64,000 nt of DNA from Thecamonas trahens ATCC 50062 (taxonomy: Eukaryota > Protista > Apusomonadida): positions 400,133-464,132 of the forward strand of contig NW_013657664.1 of NCBI RefSeq assembly GCF_000142905.1, written 5' to 3'. Numbering within the stretch: position 1 is the first letter of the stretch; the number at the start of each line of letters is the position of its first letter. The notes beneath the pieces were generated by a model. The model did no database searches. It was given only the letters and a program-made list of their open reading frames with translations, and had not been told where the DNA came from. Both the position numbers and the translations under genes were made by a program. Below, piece after piece: positions 51,577 through 61,833 of this stretch.

Positions 51577-52971
51577 TCAGAAGATGAAAAAGGCCGACGG
51601 GGACGATGGCGCGATGCGAAAAGCCTCGAGGTGGGCGACGACAGTGGCGATCTCGACGGCATAAGCGGTTGGAGTGATAGGCTCGGCGTTGCGGCCGAGG
51701 ACAACACCATCGGTGAGGCGGGCAACAAGGGTGGCAGCGGCAAACATGAGCTCGGCGGCAAACATGGGATCAAAGGCGTAGGGGAGGAAGCAGCGGAACG
51801 AGAGCATAGACAGGACCGCGTTCGGCGCGTCGGGGTCGAGCAAAGTCTCGGGTCCACCATGAGCATAGACTCGGAAGACATCATCGGTCGGCATATCGTC
51901 GTCGTCATCGTCGGCGTCCTCGCCTTCGACGACAGTCGCCGGAAGCACAAACATGGCCGGCGCCGAGCCCTCGGCCGGAACAAAGGCCAGCCCCGTCTCG
52001 GTCAGAGCGTGCCAAGCCTCGCGCATCGCCACACCACACCCGTTCTCACCAAGACGCACATACAACTCGGAGCAGAGCATCCGCGTCGGGAGCGTGCGCG
52101 CGAGCAGCGACGCCGTCGAGACCACAACCTCGGGCGCAGCCATCGCACTCACCGCGACTGGCAGCTCCTTCAGAGCCTCTTCAAGGGACGCGACCGCATC
52201 AATCAGCGCCTCGGCGTCCGGCCGCTCCAGAACGCCGGGCACCCGCTCGCCGTCGCACAGCGCAAACAGCGAGACAAGAACCTCACGAACATCACCATCG
52301 TCGACGTCGTCACCATTTTCGTCGCATTCGCCAACAGAGCCATAGCTAGATCCAGAGCCCTGGAGAGCTACAGACGGAATGCCGGCCTCCTCGTCAACAT
52401 CACGGGCCAGATCGTCACCAGAGTTGCGGCTCAGATCGTCGACAAGATCGTCATCGTCGTCGTTGTTGTTGTCGTTGTCGTCGCCAGCTTCGATCTCGTC
52501 GCAGCACACGAGCGCACAGCCAGTGCCGCACTCATCGGCATCTGAGCCCGACTGACCCGGGAGCGGCAGCTGAAGCTCGGCCCAGCCGCCGAGCTCATTG
52601 TCGAGAACAAAGAGGCGGGCAAGGAGCGAAAGCTCGGGCGTCCAGCCGATGATGGCACGGACGACGGTGGCGCCGAGGCCCGGCATGGAGGCCAGGGCGC
52701 GCTCGTCGATCTCGACGCGGATAGCGTGCTCGACAGCAGAGATGGGGACCTCTTGCGGGAGATCTTCCGGCGGCGGAGTCATCAGCATGTTCGCCACGCC
52801 ATTCGGCAGATCCAGCTCGTCGCCGCAAGACGCCGTGAGGGCAGCAAAGGTGGTCATGAGGCCCAACTCGTTAGCCACCGTCAGCAACGGGCCATACCGC
52901 TCATGGTAGCCCCTCCCCTTTGCCACAGGCACCAGCTCCGGGCATCCGTCATCAACCTCTACTGCCGACAT
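51577..52971 (-). CDS. Hypothetical acidic protein with N-terminal CPELVP motif
   Basis: 464-aa ORF with coding-like composition; DDGCPELVPV at residues 7-16. Confidence 0.6.
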   Translation of the reverse strand: MSAVEVDDGCPELVPVAKGRGYHERYGPLLTVANELGLMTTFAALTASCGDELDLPNGVANMLMTPPPEDLPQEVPISAVEHAIRVEIDERALASMPGLGATVVRAIIGWTPELSLLARLFVLDNELGGWAELQLPLPGQSGSDADECGTGCALVCCDEIEAGDDNDNNNDDDDDLVDDLSRNSGDDLARDVDEEAGIPSVALQGSGSSYGSVGECDENGDDVDDGDVREVLVSLFALCDGERVPGVLERPDAEALIDAVASLEEALKELPVAVSAMAAPEVVVSTASLLARTLPTRMLCSELYVRLGENGCGVAMREAWHALTETGLAFVPAEGSAPAMFVLPATVVEGEDADDDDDDMPTDDVFRVYAHGGPETLLDPDAPNAVLSMLSFRCFLPYAFDPMFAAELMFAAATLVARLTDGVVLGRNAEPITPTAYAVEIATVVAHLEAFRIAPSSPSAFFIF

Positions 52972-53204
52972 CTTGCTTTGGCTTGGCGTCGAGTGGTACC
53001 GCAGAGCCCAGCCTTGAGCCCGGGACTCTGTGTGCGTTGGCGAGGGCGAGGATGAGGGGTGAGGATGGATGGGGTGGCACCACGAGAAGGGGCGGGACGG
53101 CTGATGCTGCTCGATGTGGGTTCAGGGACGGTGGATCGCATGCCAGATCGGGAGAGAGGGCGGGAGGGTTTGGTGGCGGCAGGTCGTGAAAGAATTTACT
53201 TCGA

Positions 53205-54269
53205 TCACGACGAAGAGTTGGACGACGACGAGATCGAGCGGGTGCTGGCGCAGGAGACGATCGAGTCGACATCGTACTCGGACTCGTTGGAGGAGATGTG
53301 GTAGCGGTTGGGATGGCGCTTCGCGTCAGAGCTGGAAGAGTGGCGGCGGCGATGGTGCGAGCGGTCGTCAAAGTCGCGCCTGACAACCTCAAACACGCGC
53401 TTGTCTTCCGAGTATGACGAGAACGAGTGGACCATGTTGCTGTGATCCATGAGCGAGCCCTCGACGCCGAGAAGGTAGTTGGCGGTCGAGCGCTCGAACC
53501 GCTTCGAGTTGTGCAGCAGATGCTTGGCGAGGTACAGCCTGCTCGAGTCAATCTTGTCGTCAGGCAGGTCCAGGAGGAAGTTCTTAAAGACGCGGCGCAG
53601 GTACTTGTTGTGATTGAGCGAGTGGCGGAGCCGCGACTGGGTGTGGGTGTGGGCCTCCTGCTCGGCTGCGACGACGCCCTGGACGATGCGGACAAGGCGG
53701 AGGAGCACCAGGAGCCCGGCGTATGCATTCTCACCGCCGAGCCAGAGCTCGAGGACGAGCGAGATGAGGACGACGCCAAAGTCGAACACGTGCATGAACT
53801 TGAAAAAGTGCTTGCCGATGGCCCACAACAGAACCAGATTCTCTATCACAAAGATGCAGAGCATGGTGATAGAGAACCAGTGGAGGAACTCTTCACCGTG
53901 CTCCAGATCGTGGTTCACCGTCGGCTCACCGCGTGGATCGCCAGGATTGACCGGGCACGGCGCCTCCGAGTGGACTTCGCCAAACGCATCCGAAGCGATA
54001 GCAAGCTCGAGCGAGACGGCGATAACGTCAAGCACAATGAGCACGATGACAAAGATGCGAAAGTACTTGGACTCAATGATGTGATGCGCCTTCCGCCGCC
54101 ACTTGCTGCGGCTACCACCATGCGCCTGGGAAGGATCGGTCAGATCCGACGAGATGGAGATGGACGACAGATCCTTGAGCTTGTGCTCATGAAAGGTAGA
54201 CACATCCGATCCGGACGTATCCTCTGACGAAAACGACTTTTCTCTGGCACACAACCTAAATCCCGACAT
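53205..54269 (-). CDS. Voltage-gated proton channel Hv1-like voltage-sensor protein (start uncertain)
   Basis: S1 FVIVLIVLDV, S2 HWFSITMLCIFVIE, S3 FDFGVVLISLVLE, S4 GLLVLLRLVRIVQG; no pore domain. Confidence 0.8.
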   Translation of the reverse strand: MSGFRLCAREKSFSSEDTSGSDVSTFHEHKLKDLSSISISSDLTDPSQAHGGSRSKWRRKAHHIIESKYFRIFVIVLIVLDVIAVSLELAIASDAFGEVHSEAPCPVNPGDPRGEPTVNHDLEHGEEFLHWFSITMLCIFVIENLVLLWAIGKHFFKFMHVFDFGVVLISLVLELWLGGENAYAGLLVLLRLVRIVQGVVAAEQEAHTHTQSRLRHSLNHNKYLRRVFKNFLLDLPDDKIDSSRLYLAKHLLHNSKRFERSTANYLLGVEGSLMDHSNMVHSFSSYSEDKRVFEVVRRDFDDRSHHRRRHSSSSDAKRHPNRYHISSNESEYDVDSIVSCASTRSISSSSNSSS

Positions 54270-55049
54270 GATGACACTGTTTCCCTCCCACGATCCCCAT
54301 GCCCCCCCCTCTCTTCCATGATGAGTCTCATCGTCTGCCTCGACGCACCACACCATCCCGCACCACCGCCAACGCAACCACCTGCCAGCACCACCACCGC
54401 CTGGGACCGACATCGCCGGCAATGGCATCCACCCACATCATAGTGGCGACATACCACACCCACTCACCTCACATGTCATGCATACCTTGATTGTCTGACG
54501 TCAAGTGCGTCTCCGTCCCCCGTCTCGGTCCACTCGTGTCGTCTCCCTGCTGCGGGACGGTGATTGCGTCGGCTACGCAACGGCGCTGGCCAGCCAGAGC
54601 GATCTCTCCCAGACTGAGTAGCTCACAGCTTGAGCGAGTTGATCGCGGGGCTTGAATGAGAAGGAGAAACGCTTGGGTTTGTTTGCCTGTGGTTGGTAGG
54701 TACGGGTCAGCTTCCGCCGCTTTCCGGACTGGTATCCCGCGCATGCATCTGCCTGTGCGCTATCCCGTAGCCAGCGCAACACGCGGCACGGAGGGGTGAG
54801 CAGCGGGCAGGAAGCGAGGTCAAAGCAGGCATGATAGTAGCAGCGACAGTGTACATTGTCATTGTTCAATTGGCGGGAGATCGGATGGTTGCATCGTGTG
54901 ATCGGGATGCCTGGCGCTCCCACCCGACCCAGTCCCCTCCAGTGCTGCGCGTGAGCGAGTGGGGAGAGGGGAGAGAGGAGGGGGGGGGGATGACTAGGTC
55001 AGCAGGCAGAGAGAGAGGGAGGCACACCTGACTGTGAATCGAGGCGGAT

Positions 55050-56960
55050 ATGCTGCGTGTTGTTTCGTCTACTACCACCTCTGCTGTTGCTGCTGCTGCT
55101 CGGCTGAGTGGTGGAAGTGTGGCTCGGCTGCTCTCGTCGGCTGTGCCTGCCTTGGGCAACGTCGCCGTGGCTAATGTCCCGTCAGCCGGCGTACGCAGCA
55201 TGGGGAGGGGTGGGGATTGGGGGTGGGGGGGTAGGGGGGGTGGGGGGGTGGGTATTGGGGAGATTGGGAGGGATGTGTATGGATGACTTATAGTTGCTAT
55301 GTGTGCTTGTGTCTGTGTTGTGTGTGTGTGTGTGGTGGCGATGGTGGCGATGGTCTTGGTGGCGATGGTCGTGGTGGCCCTGGTCGTGGTGGCTGTCTGC
55401 TGTGTGGCGATGTGGTCGACGTGGCTGATGATGGCTGCTGATGGTGCCCGCACCTGACAACGACTGGCAATGGCTGCTCGCACCTGACGACGACTGGCGA
55501 TGGCTGCTCGCACCTGACGACGACTGGCAATGGCTGCTCGCACCTGACGACGGGTGGATGGCGAGTGTGCTCAGCGCGCGGCTGGGGTGCTGGGTGATGT
55601 CGATCCCGAGGTGGCTGCGCTGCTCGCGCGCGAGTACACTCGTCAGTCAGAGGGCATCGAGCTCATTGCGTCGGAGAACTTTACGTCGGCGGCGGTGATG
55701 GAGGCGCTCGGCTCGTGCATGACCAACAAGTACTCGGAGGGCTACCCGGGCCGCCGGTACTACGGCGGCAACGAGGTCATCGATGACAACGAACGTCTGT
55801 GCCAGGCCCGCGCTCTCGAGTGCTTTGGCCTCAACCCGGAAGAGTGGGGCGTCAACGTCCAGCCGTACTCGGGCTCGCCGGCCAACTTTGCTGCCTACAC
55901 CGGCATGATTTCCCCGCATGACCGCATCATGGGCCTTGAGCTCTCGCACGGCGGCCACTTGACCCACGGCTTCATGTCGCCGACCAAGCGCATCTCGGCT
56001 ACCTCGATCTACTTTGAGTCGATGCCATACCGCCTCAACGAGTCGACCGGTCTCATTGATTACGATGCTCTCCACGCCTCGGCCCAGCTCTACCGCCCGA
56101 AGATCCTCATCGCCGGCGCCTCGGCCTACTCGCGCAAGATCGAGTACGGCCGCATGCGCGAGACCGCAGACTCGGTCGGCGCCTATCTGCTGGCAGACAT
56201 GGCCCACATTGCCGGCCTCGTCGCCACCGGCCACCTTCCGTCGCCGTTTGACCACGCCGACGTCGTCACCACCACGACCCACAAGTCGCTTCGCGGCCCG
56301 CGCTCCGGCCTCATCTTCTACCGGCGCGGCGTCCGCTCGGTGACCAAGAAGGGCAAGGAGATCCCGTACACGCTTGAGGAGGACATCGACTTTGCTGTCT
56401 TCCCCTCGCTGCAGGGCGGTCCGCACAACCACCAGATCGCCGCCGTCGCCGTCGCCCTCAAGGAGGCCATGCAGCCGCAGTTCAAGATCTACCAGGACCA
56501 GGTACTTGCCAACACACAGGCCCTCGCCGACGCCCTCACCCAGCTCGGCTACGCTCTCGTCTCGGGTGGCTCCGACAACCACCTGCTCCTCCTCGACCTG
56601 CGCCCGCTCGGCGTCGACGGCTCGCGTGTCGAAAAGGTCATGGAGAAGGCTGCCATCACTGTCAACAAGAACGCCGTGCCCGGCGATACCAAGCCCATGA
56701 CTCCGGGCGGCATCCGCGTCGGCTCGCCGGCCATGACCTCGCGCGGCCTCGTCGAGTCCGACTTTATCCAGGTCGCCGGCTTTATGAACCGCGCCATCGC
56801 CATCGCCAAGCGCATCAAGTCCGACTACGGCGGCAAGCTCAAGGACTTTGACGCGGCTCTCCACAACGAGCACCACCCCGACCTCGACGCTCTCAAGACT
56901 GAGGTCATCGACTTTGCCGAGTCGTTCCCCATGCCGGGCGTCGAGCCCGTCGTCCCGTAG
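55050..56960 (+). CDS. SHMT: Serine hydroxymethyltransferase, mitochondrial type; intron 55191-55574
   Basis: Presequence exon MLRVVSS; [47 protein letters not shown]. Confidence 0.97.
55450..55552 (+). repeat. About 3.5 x 30-nt tandem repeat in the SHMT intron
   Basis: gcacctgac(g/a)acgactggc(a/g)atggctgctc. Confidence 0.9.
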
Positions 56961-56998
56961 TGTAGCGTGCTGTACCCAAACTAAACAAGGCCTTTACT

Positions 56999-59681
56999 TC
57001 ATTGGTTGACGTCGGCCAGCGGCGACCGCAGCGGCGATGCCTCCATGGCTGCCGGATGCATGGTCTTGGGCGTCGCAGGCGCCCGCTGCACCTCCCGCCG
57101 CCCCGCTCGACGGTCCTCCCGCCGGCTCGCCCCGCGATCCTCGCGCCGGCTCGGCGTCCCGCTTGTGCTCGCAGCTGCGCTTGTGCTCGCGGCCGAGTTT
57201 GCCCGCGCGGCGGCGGCGCCGCCCCCGCCTGAAAGTCGCGCCGAAAACCGCTGAATGCTGCTCGGCGACGAGTTTGACGGCTCGCACGCCTCGTAAGCGT
57301 CCCACTCCATGACCTCCGAAATGGTTGTTGCTGCCTCGTTGAGCGCCGCGAGCAGCATCTTGGAGCGCGACCGCTGGAGCGCCACGTCCTCCACTTCTGA
57401 GAGGAGGTCGTCAAACGCGTCGGGCTGGTACAGCGCGGCCACAAGCTCGTTCTGCACCGAGTCCTTCGACGCGTTAACCAGCAGGAGCATGATGGCCTTG
57501 GGCACCGAGTCCTGGATGTTCTTCTTGACAATGTCAAAGTAACTCTCCAGCAGTGAGGTGATGAGCTTGGTCTCGGTCATTTCGCGCTCGTTGAGCGTCG
57601 GCCGCGGCTTGAGCATCGCCGGCGGCTCGCGGAGGATGACGGCTGGCGGGAGCGTTTGCCGCCCACTCGTGCTCCCGCCGCGCGCCGCGCTCCCGTCCGC
57701 TCCCGTTGGAATGTGCAGCCCGCCGGCCGAGCTCGTCCTCGACGAGCTGCCGCTTGCGCCCTGCTCCTGTCCGGCCTCGCGGCCAAAGAAGACGTTGAGG
57801 AACATGCCGCCCTCCGGATCCGAAGAGGTCGGCAGCGAGGCGCCCGCGCTCGAGCTCTGCGCCGCACCGCACCTGCTGCTCATCATCTCGTTCGCCATCG
57901 ACCGGCGCGACGCCGCGCCCGACGCGCTCAGCACCGCGCCTGACGACCCTGCAACCGCGCCGGTGTTGGTCGCCGCCAGCGACGCCAGCGCCTGGGTCCC
58001 AGCCAGAAAGTCTGGGTGGTTGGTGTTGATGTACGAGAGCTCCATCTTGATGAGCGTTCGGATCATAGCCATCGTCGGCCGCTTGAGCCGCGCGAGGAGC
58101 GCTGACATGACTTCGTGGATGGAGGCGCGGAGGACGCCAAAGCGGACAAGCGCCTCGTCCTCAATCTCGCGGGTGATGCGAAGGAGCTCGTCAAAGACAA
58201 AGTCGACGCACTGCAGTGCTGGATCCTCCAGCCGCGAAATCTGCCGCTTAACAAGGAGCTCGAACGAGACTTCGGGCACAAAGAGCGAGCGCCGAGGACC
58301 GGTCGCGTTGCGGATGACAGTCCGGATGTCCGACAGCGTCAGCGCGTCCATGGCCGAGACAGCCGAGATCGAGGCGGCAAAGACGTCGTGGAAGATGTAC
58401 GCGATGCGCGCACCGCCCGAGAGCTGGTTGGTGATAAACGACGTTCGCGTCCCGTCGATCGCCGCGCAGTACGAGGTGCAGAACTGAGTGAGCGATGAGA
58501 GGACCAGGCCCGACTTTTCGGTCTCAGACGTGGCGTTGATCGGCTCGCCGAGCAACCCGATGTGGTTTTCGGTCTCTGAGATGAGCGCGTGGATCCGCGA
58601 CCGCAGCGCAGGCAGCGCGTTGCGGATGTGGTAGATGAGGATCTTGTTGAGCGTCCGGGAGAGGTACCCGGTCCCGCAACGGTAGGCAAACTCGGCGTAC
58701 GCAGGATGCCGCGCAAAGAACGTGTGCTCGCGCTCGAGAGCCTGCGCAATCGATGACCCGTTGATAATGTCCTGCTGCGACCGGTTGATGACGCCAATAA
58801 AGCCGAGCTTAAGCGGAATGACCCGTCCGCAGAGCACGTCGACTGCATCGGTTCCCTCGTCCATCAGATCAAGCTTGGTCAGCACGCCAATGGTCCGGGT
58901 CCCGTCCGGATCGACCTCGCGCGCCATCTGCAGCGCGTCCGAGTTGGCCAGATCGGTGTTGGCCGGCGTCACCGCCAGAATGATGGACTTGGCCTGTGAA
59001 ATGTACTCGAGCACCATGGCCCGGATCTGCTTCTCGATGTCCGACGGCTGGTCACCCACAGGCACCTTGGTCATGCCCGGCAGGTCGATGAGCGTCAAGT
59101 TGACCACCGACGGCGAGTAGACCTTGAGCCGGATGGGCAGTGGCGAGATGCCCTTGTTCGACCCGGTCTCCCGGTCCGTCTCCAGCTGGATCTCATCACG
59201 AATGTCGTCAAAGTCATAGAACTTGATTCCCGGCTGGTGTGCAAACTCGCCCCACTCTGCCCGCCCGTCCCGGTTCGCATTCCCGCCGTGCCCGCCGTGT
59301 TCGCCGTGCCCAGAGCCTGCGTGAGTTTTTGGCGCCAAAGCGAGCAGCCCGTCACCGCCCCAAGGCATCCACCAGCCCCCACCTCCTGCCCATGCACCCA
59401 TGCCACCCACCCACCCACCCACCCACCCACCCATGCACATCTCAAGACGTACCTGCAGAGCCCTCTTCCACATGTGTCAGCTGCAGGACTAGCGGGCGGC
59501 GGGTGACAATGCCGATGCCGCGCGGAAGAAAGTCGCGGCCGACGAGCGACTCGAGGACCGACGACTTGCCCGACGATTGGGCGCCAATGACCACCACCTG
59601 CGGCAAGGGGATAGTGGCTGCAGAGCCGAGCGTTGCAAGCACATCCTGCACTTTGCCAAACACAGGAATGAGCGCGTCCAT
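56999..59681 (-). CDS. Dynamin-related GTPase (Drp1/Dnm1/Vps1 class); intron 59317-59452
   Basis: [40 protein letters not shown] ([19 protein letters not shown]); no PH domain. Confidence 0.93.
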
Positions 59682-59975
59682 CTCTCACCCGTCCGAGTCG
59701 AGTGACAACTCTCCCGGTCACGCCCCTCGCCACCGCTGCACCCGCTCTCGTCCTCTGCCATTCCCGCCGCATCGCCTGCAGAGCGACGGCTCCGATCGTC
59801 GCCACGATCACCTTGGCGCCAATCACCGTTTCCCACCAAAAGGCCGTAAACGCCCTTCTCGCCCCCCCCTCCCCCCCTCCCCCCTCCTCCTCCCCCCCCC
59901 CCTTCTATTCCCCAACTCAAGCAACCCCTCCCCCCCCCCCCCCCCAACCCCCAACCCCTCTATTATTCCTTCTCA

Positions 59976-60830
59976 ATGTCGTCGTCACGCCGGCGTGGTG
60001 GTGCGGGAGAGAGCGAGGCCAAGCAGCGGCGACGGCGACAGCAGCAGCGGCAGCAGCACGAGCTGGCTACAGGCGGGCTCTCGGAGCGAGTGCTGAAGCT
60101 GCGGTCGGGCCATTATGATCTGTCGACGGTGCGGGTGCTCAAGCTGGCGAATCTCGGCCTGCGGTCAACAACAGGCATTGCTGCCTGCCCCAACGTGGAG
60201 GAGCTATTTCTCGCCGGCAACTCGCTCACCTCGCTCGACCAGGCCGAAGCGCTGACCAAGCTCCGCATCCTCGACGTCTCGCACAACAGGTTCACCTCGC
60301 TCGACTTTCTTCCGCCTCGTGTCCTCGAGCTTCTCCGCGAGCTTTATGTGGCGGGAAATGGCGTTGAAGGTCTCGATGCGCTCGACGTCCTCGCCCCGGC
60401 TTTCCGTCTTGTCCGGCTGGATCTCGAGCGGCTCGGCGGCGAGAGTCCAAACCCGGTCTGCCGCGAGCCGGGCTATCAGCCACGAGTGCGGGCCATTCTT
60501 CCGCACCTGCGGGTACTGGACGGGCAGCGGCTCAAGTTTGCAGCGGTGTACAAGACGACCACGCTCGCTGACCTCTTCCCCGACGGCGAGATCCTCGACC
60601 TGCCCGAGATCTCGCAGCCGTGGCTCCCGGACGACTACTTTCCGCCTGTCGACTCGCTCACTCCCGACGACGCCGATGCCATTGTCAACGCGCATCTCGG
60701 TCCTGCGGCGCTCGAGGCCGAGCTCAACAAGCTGTACTCGCTCTCGCAGGACGCCCAAGCCATGATCGACGTCGCCGCCGCACAGCTCGACCTCGACCCG
60801 GACGCGCTTGTCGCGCGGCGTGGGTCATGA
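59976..60830 (+). CDS. Leucine-rich repeat protein, LRRC61-like
   Basis: LKLRSGHYDL..V..LKL, LxLxxNxL repeats, NPVC...Y...V...LP.L.VLDG cap. Confidence 0.75.
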   Translation: MSSSRRRGGAGESEAKQRRRRQQQRQQHELATGGLSERVLKLRSGHYDLSTVRVLKLANLGLRSTTGIAACPNVEELFLAGNSLTSLDQAEALTKLRILDVSHNRFTSLDFLPPRVLELLRELYVAGNGVEGLDALDVLAPAFRLVRLDLERLGGESPNPVCREPGYQPRVRAILPHLRVLDGQRLKFAAVYKTTTLADLFPDGEILDLPEISQPWLPDDYFPPVDSLTPDDADAIVNAHLGPAALEAELNKLYSLSQDAQAMIDVAAAQLDLDPDALVARRGS

Positions 60831-60930
60831 CAGACAGACAGTTGGCCTTGCGACTGCTTGTGAGTAACACCGACGCCACCGCGACGCATACTGCACCTGC
60901 ACCTCTTTTCTCCACCCTTCCCCCTCCACC

Positions 60931-61833
60931 ATGGCTGCCGCCAGTCTCTCTTCTCTCGCTACGCCTGGGTGGCATGCGTTTGACTCGGATGCTCAGGGGT
61001 GGCTGGAGTTGGTCGACGGCGAGCAGGCGGCCGCAGATGGACCGCCAGTCCCGGACCTCCTCCGCCTGGTCACCTTCAACATCTGGTTCGAGCCGCTCGA
61101 GGCCGAGCTGCGGATGGCTGGTTTGATTGATGCGATGCTGGGAGAGGCGCCTGATGGATGCGAGCCTGCGCCGCCGCACTTTGTGGCGCTTCAGGAGGCG
61201 ACACCGCGCCTGATGGCGCTGATCCTAGCTGATGATCGGGTTCGGGCGCGGTACGCGGTGTGCGGGCTTGATGCACGTCCATATGGTGTCGTCATGCTTG
61301 GCGATCGCCGGCTTGCCCCTCGAGTGCCAGAGGTGAGACGGGTCGTGTTGCCGACAACCATGGACGGGCGGACGCTGTTGATGGCGGTAGGCCCACGGCT
61401 GGTCATCGGCGGCGTGCACCTGGACTCCAAGCCGCACAACGAGGCGGTGCGAGGAGAGCAAGTTGAGGTGGTCAAGGCTGCGCTTGAAGGAGCGCGTGGG
61501 GCAGCGGGTGCGATGGCGGTCATGGGCGACTTTAACTACCATGTGAGTGGCGAGAGCGGCAAAGAGGTGGATGACGCCATGGTGAGCGGAGAGCTCGTCG
61601 ACGCGTGGCGCGAGTGCAAGGTAGATGCGGCCGGACTAACGTTTGACTGTGAGGTCAACGCGATGCTGGCGGCAGACAAGGCGCCCAAAAAGGTGCAGGT
61701 CCGGTTCGATCGTGTGTATGCGGCTGGAGCTGAGCCTGTGGCAGCTGCGGTGATTGGGCAACGGGCGATCGACGGGTGCGAGGTTGTGTGGCCGTCGGAC
61801 CACTTTGGCCTCGTCGCGTGGCTCCAGCTCTAG
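60931..61833 (+). CDS. EEP-family phosphodiesterase, TDP2-like
   Basis: TFNIW, LQE, HLDS, GDFN, RFDR, PSDHFG. Confidence 0.85.
   Translation: MAAASLSSLATPGWHAFDSDAQGWLELVDGEQAAADGPPVPDLLRLVTFNIWFEPLEAELRMAGLIDAMLGEAPDGCEPAPPHFVALQEATPRLMALILADDRVRARYAVCGLDARPYGVVMLGDRRLAPRVPEVRRVVLPTTMDGRTLLMAVGPRLVIGGVHLDSKPHNEAVRGEQVEVVKAALEGARGAAGAMAVMGDFNYHVSGESGKEVDDAMVSGELVDAWRECKVDAAGLTFDCEVNAMLAADKAPKKVQVRFDRVYAAGAEPVAAAVIGQRAIDGCEVVWPSDHFGLVAWLQL

Noticed and set aside
55450-55552. 30-nt repeats as a CRISPR array
   Set aside because: Head-to-tail with no unique spacers, intronic, no cas genes, eukaryotic context.
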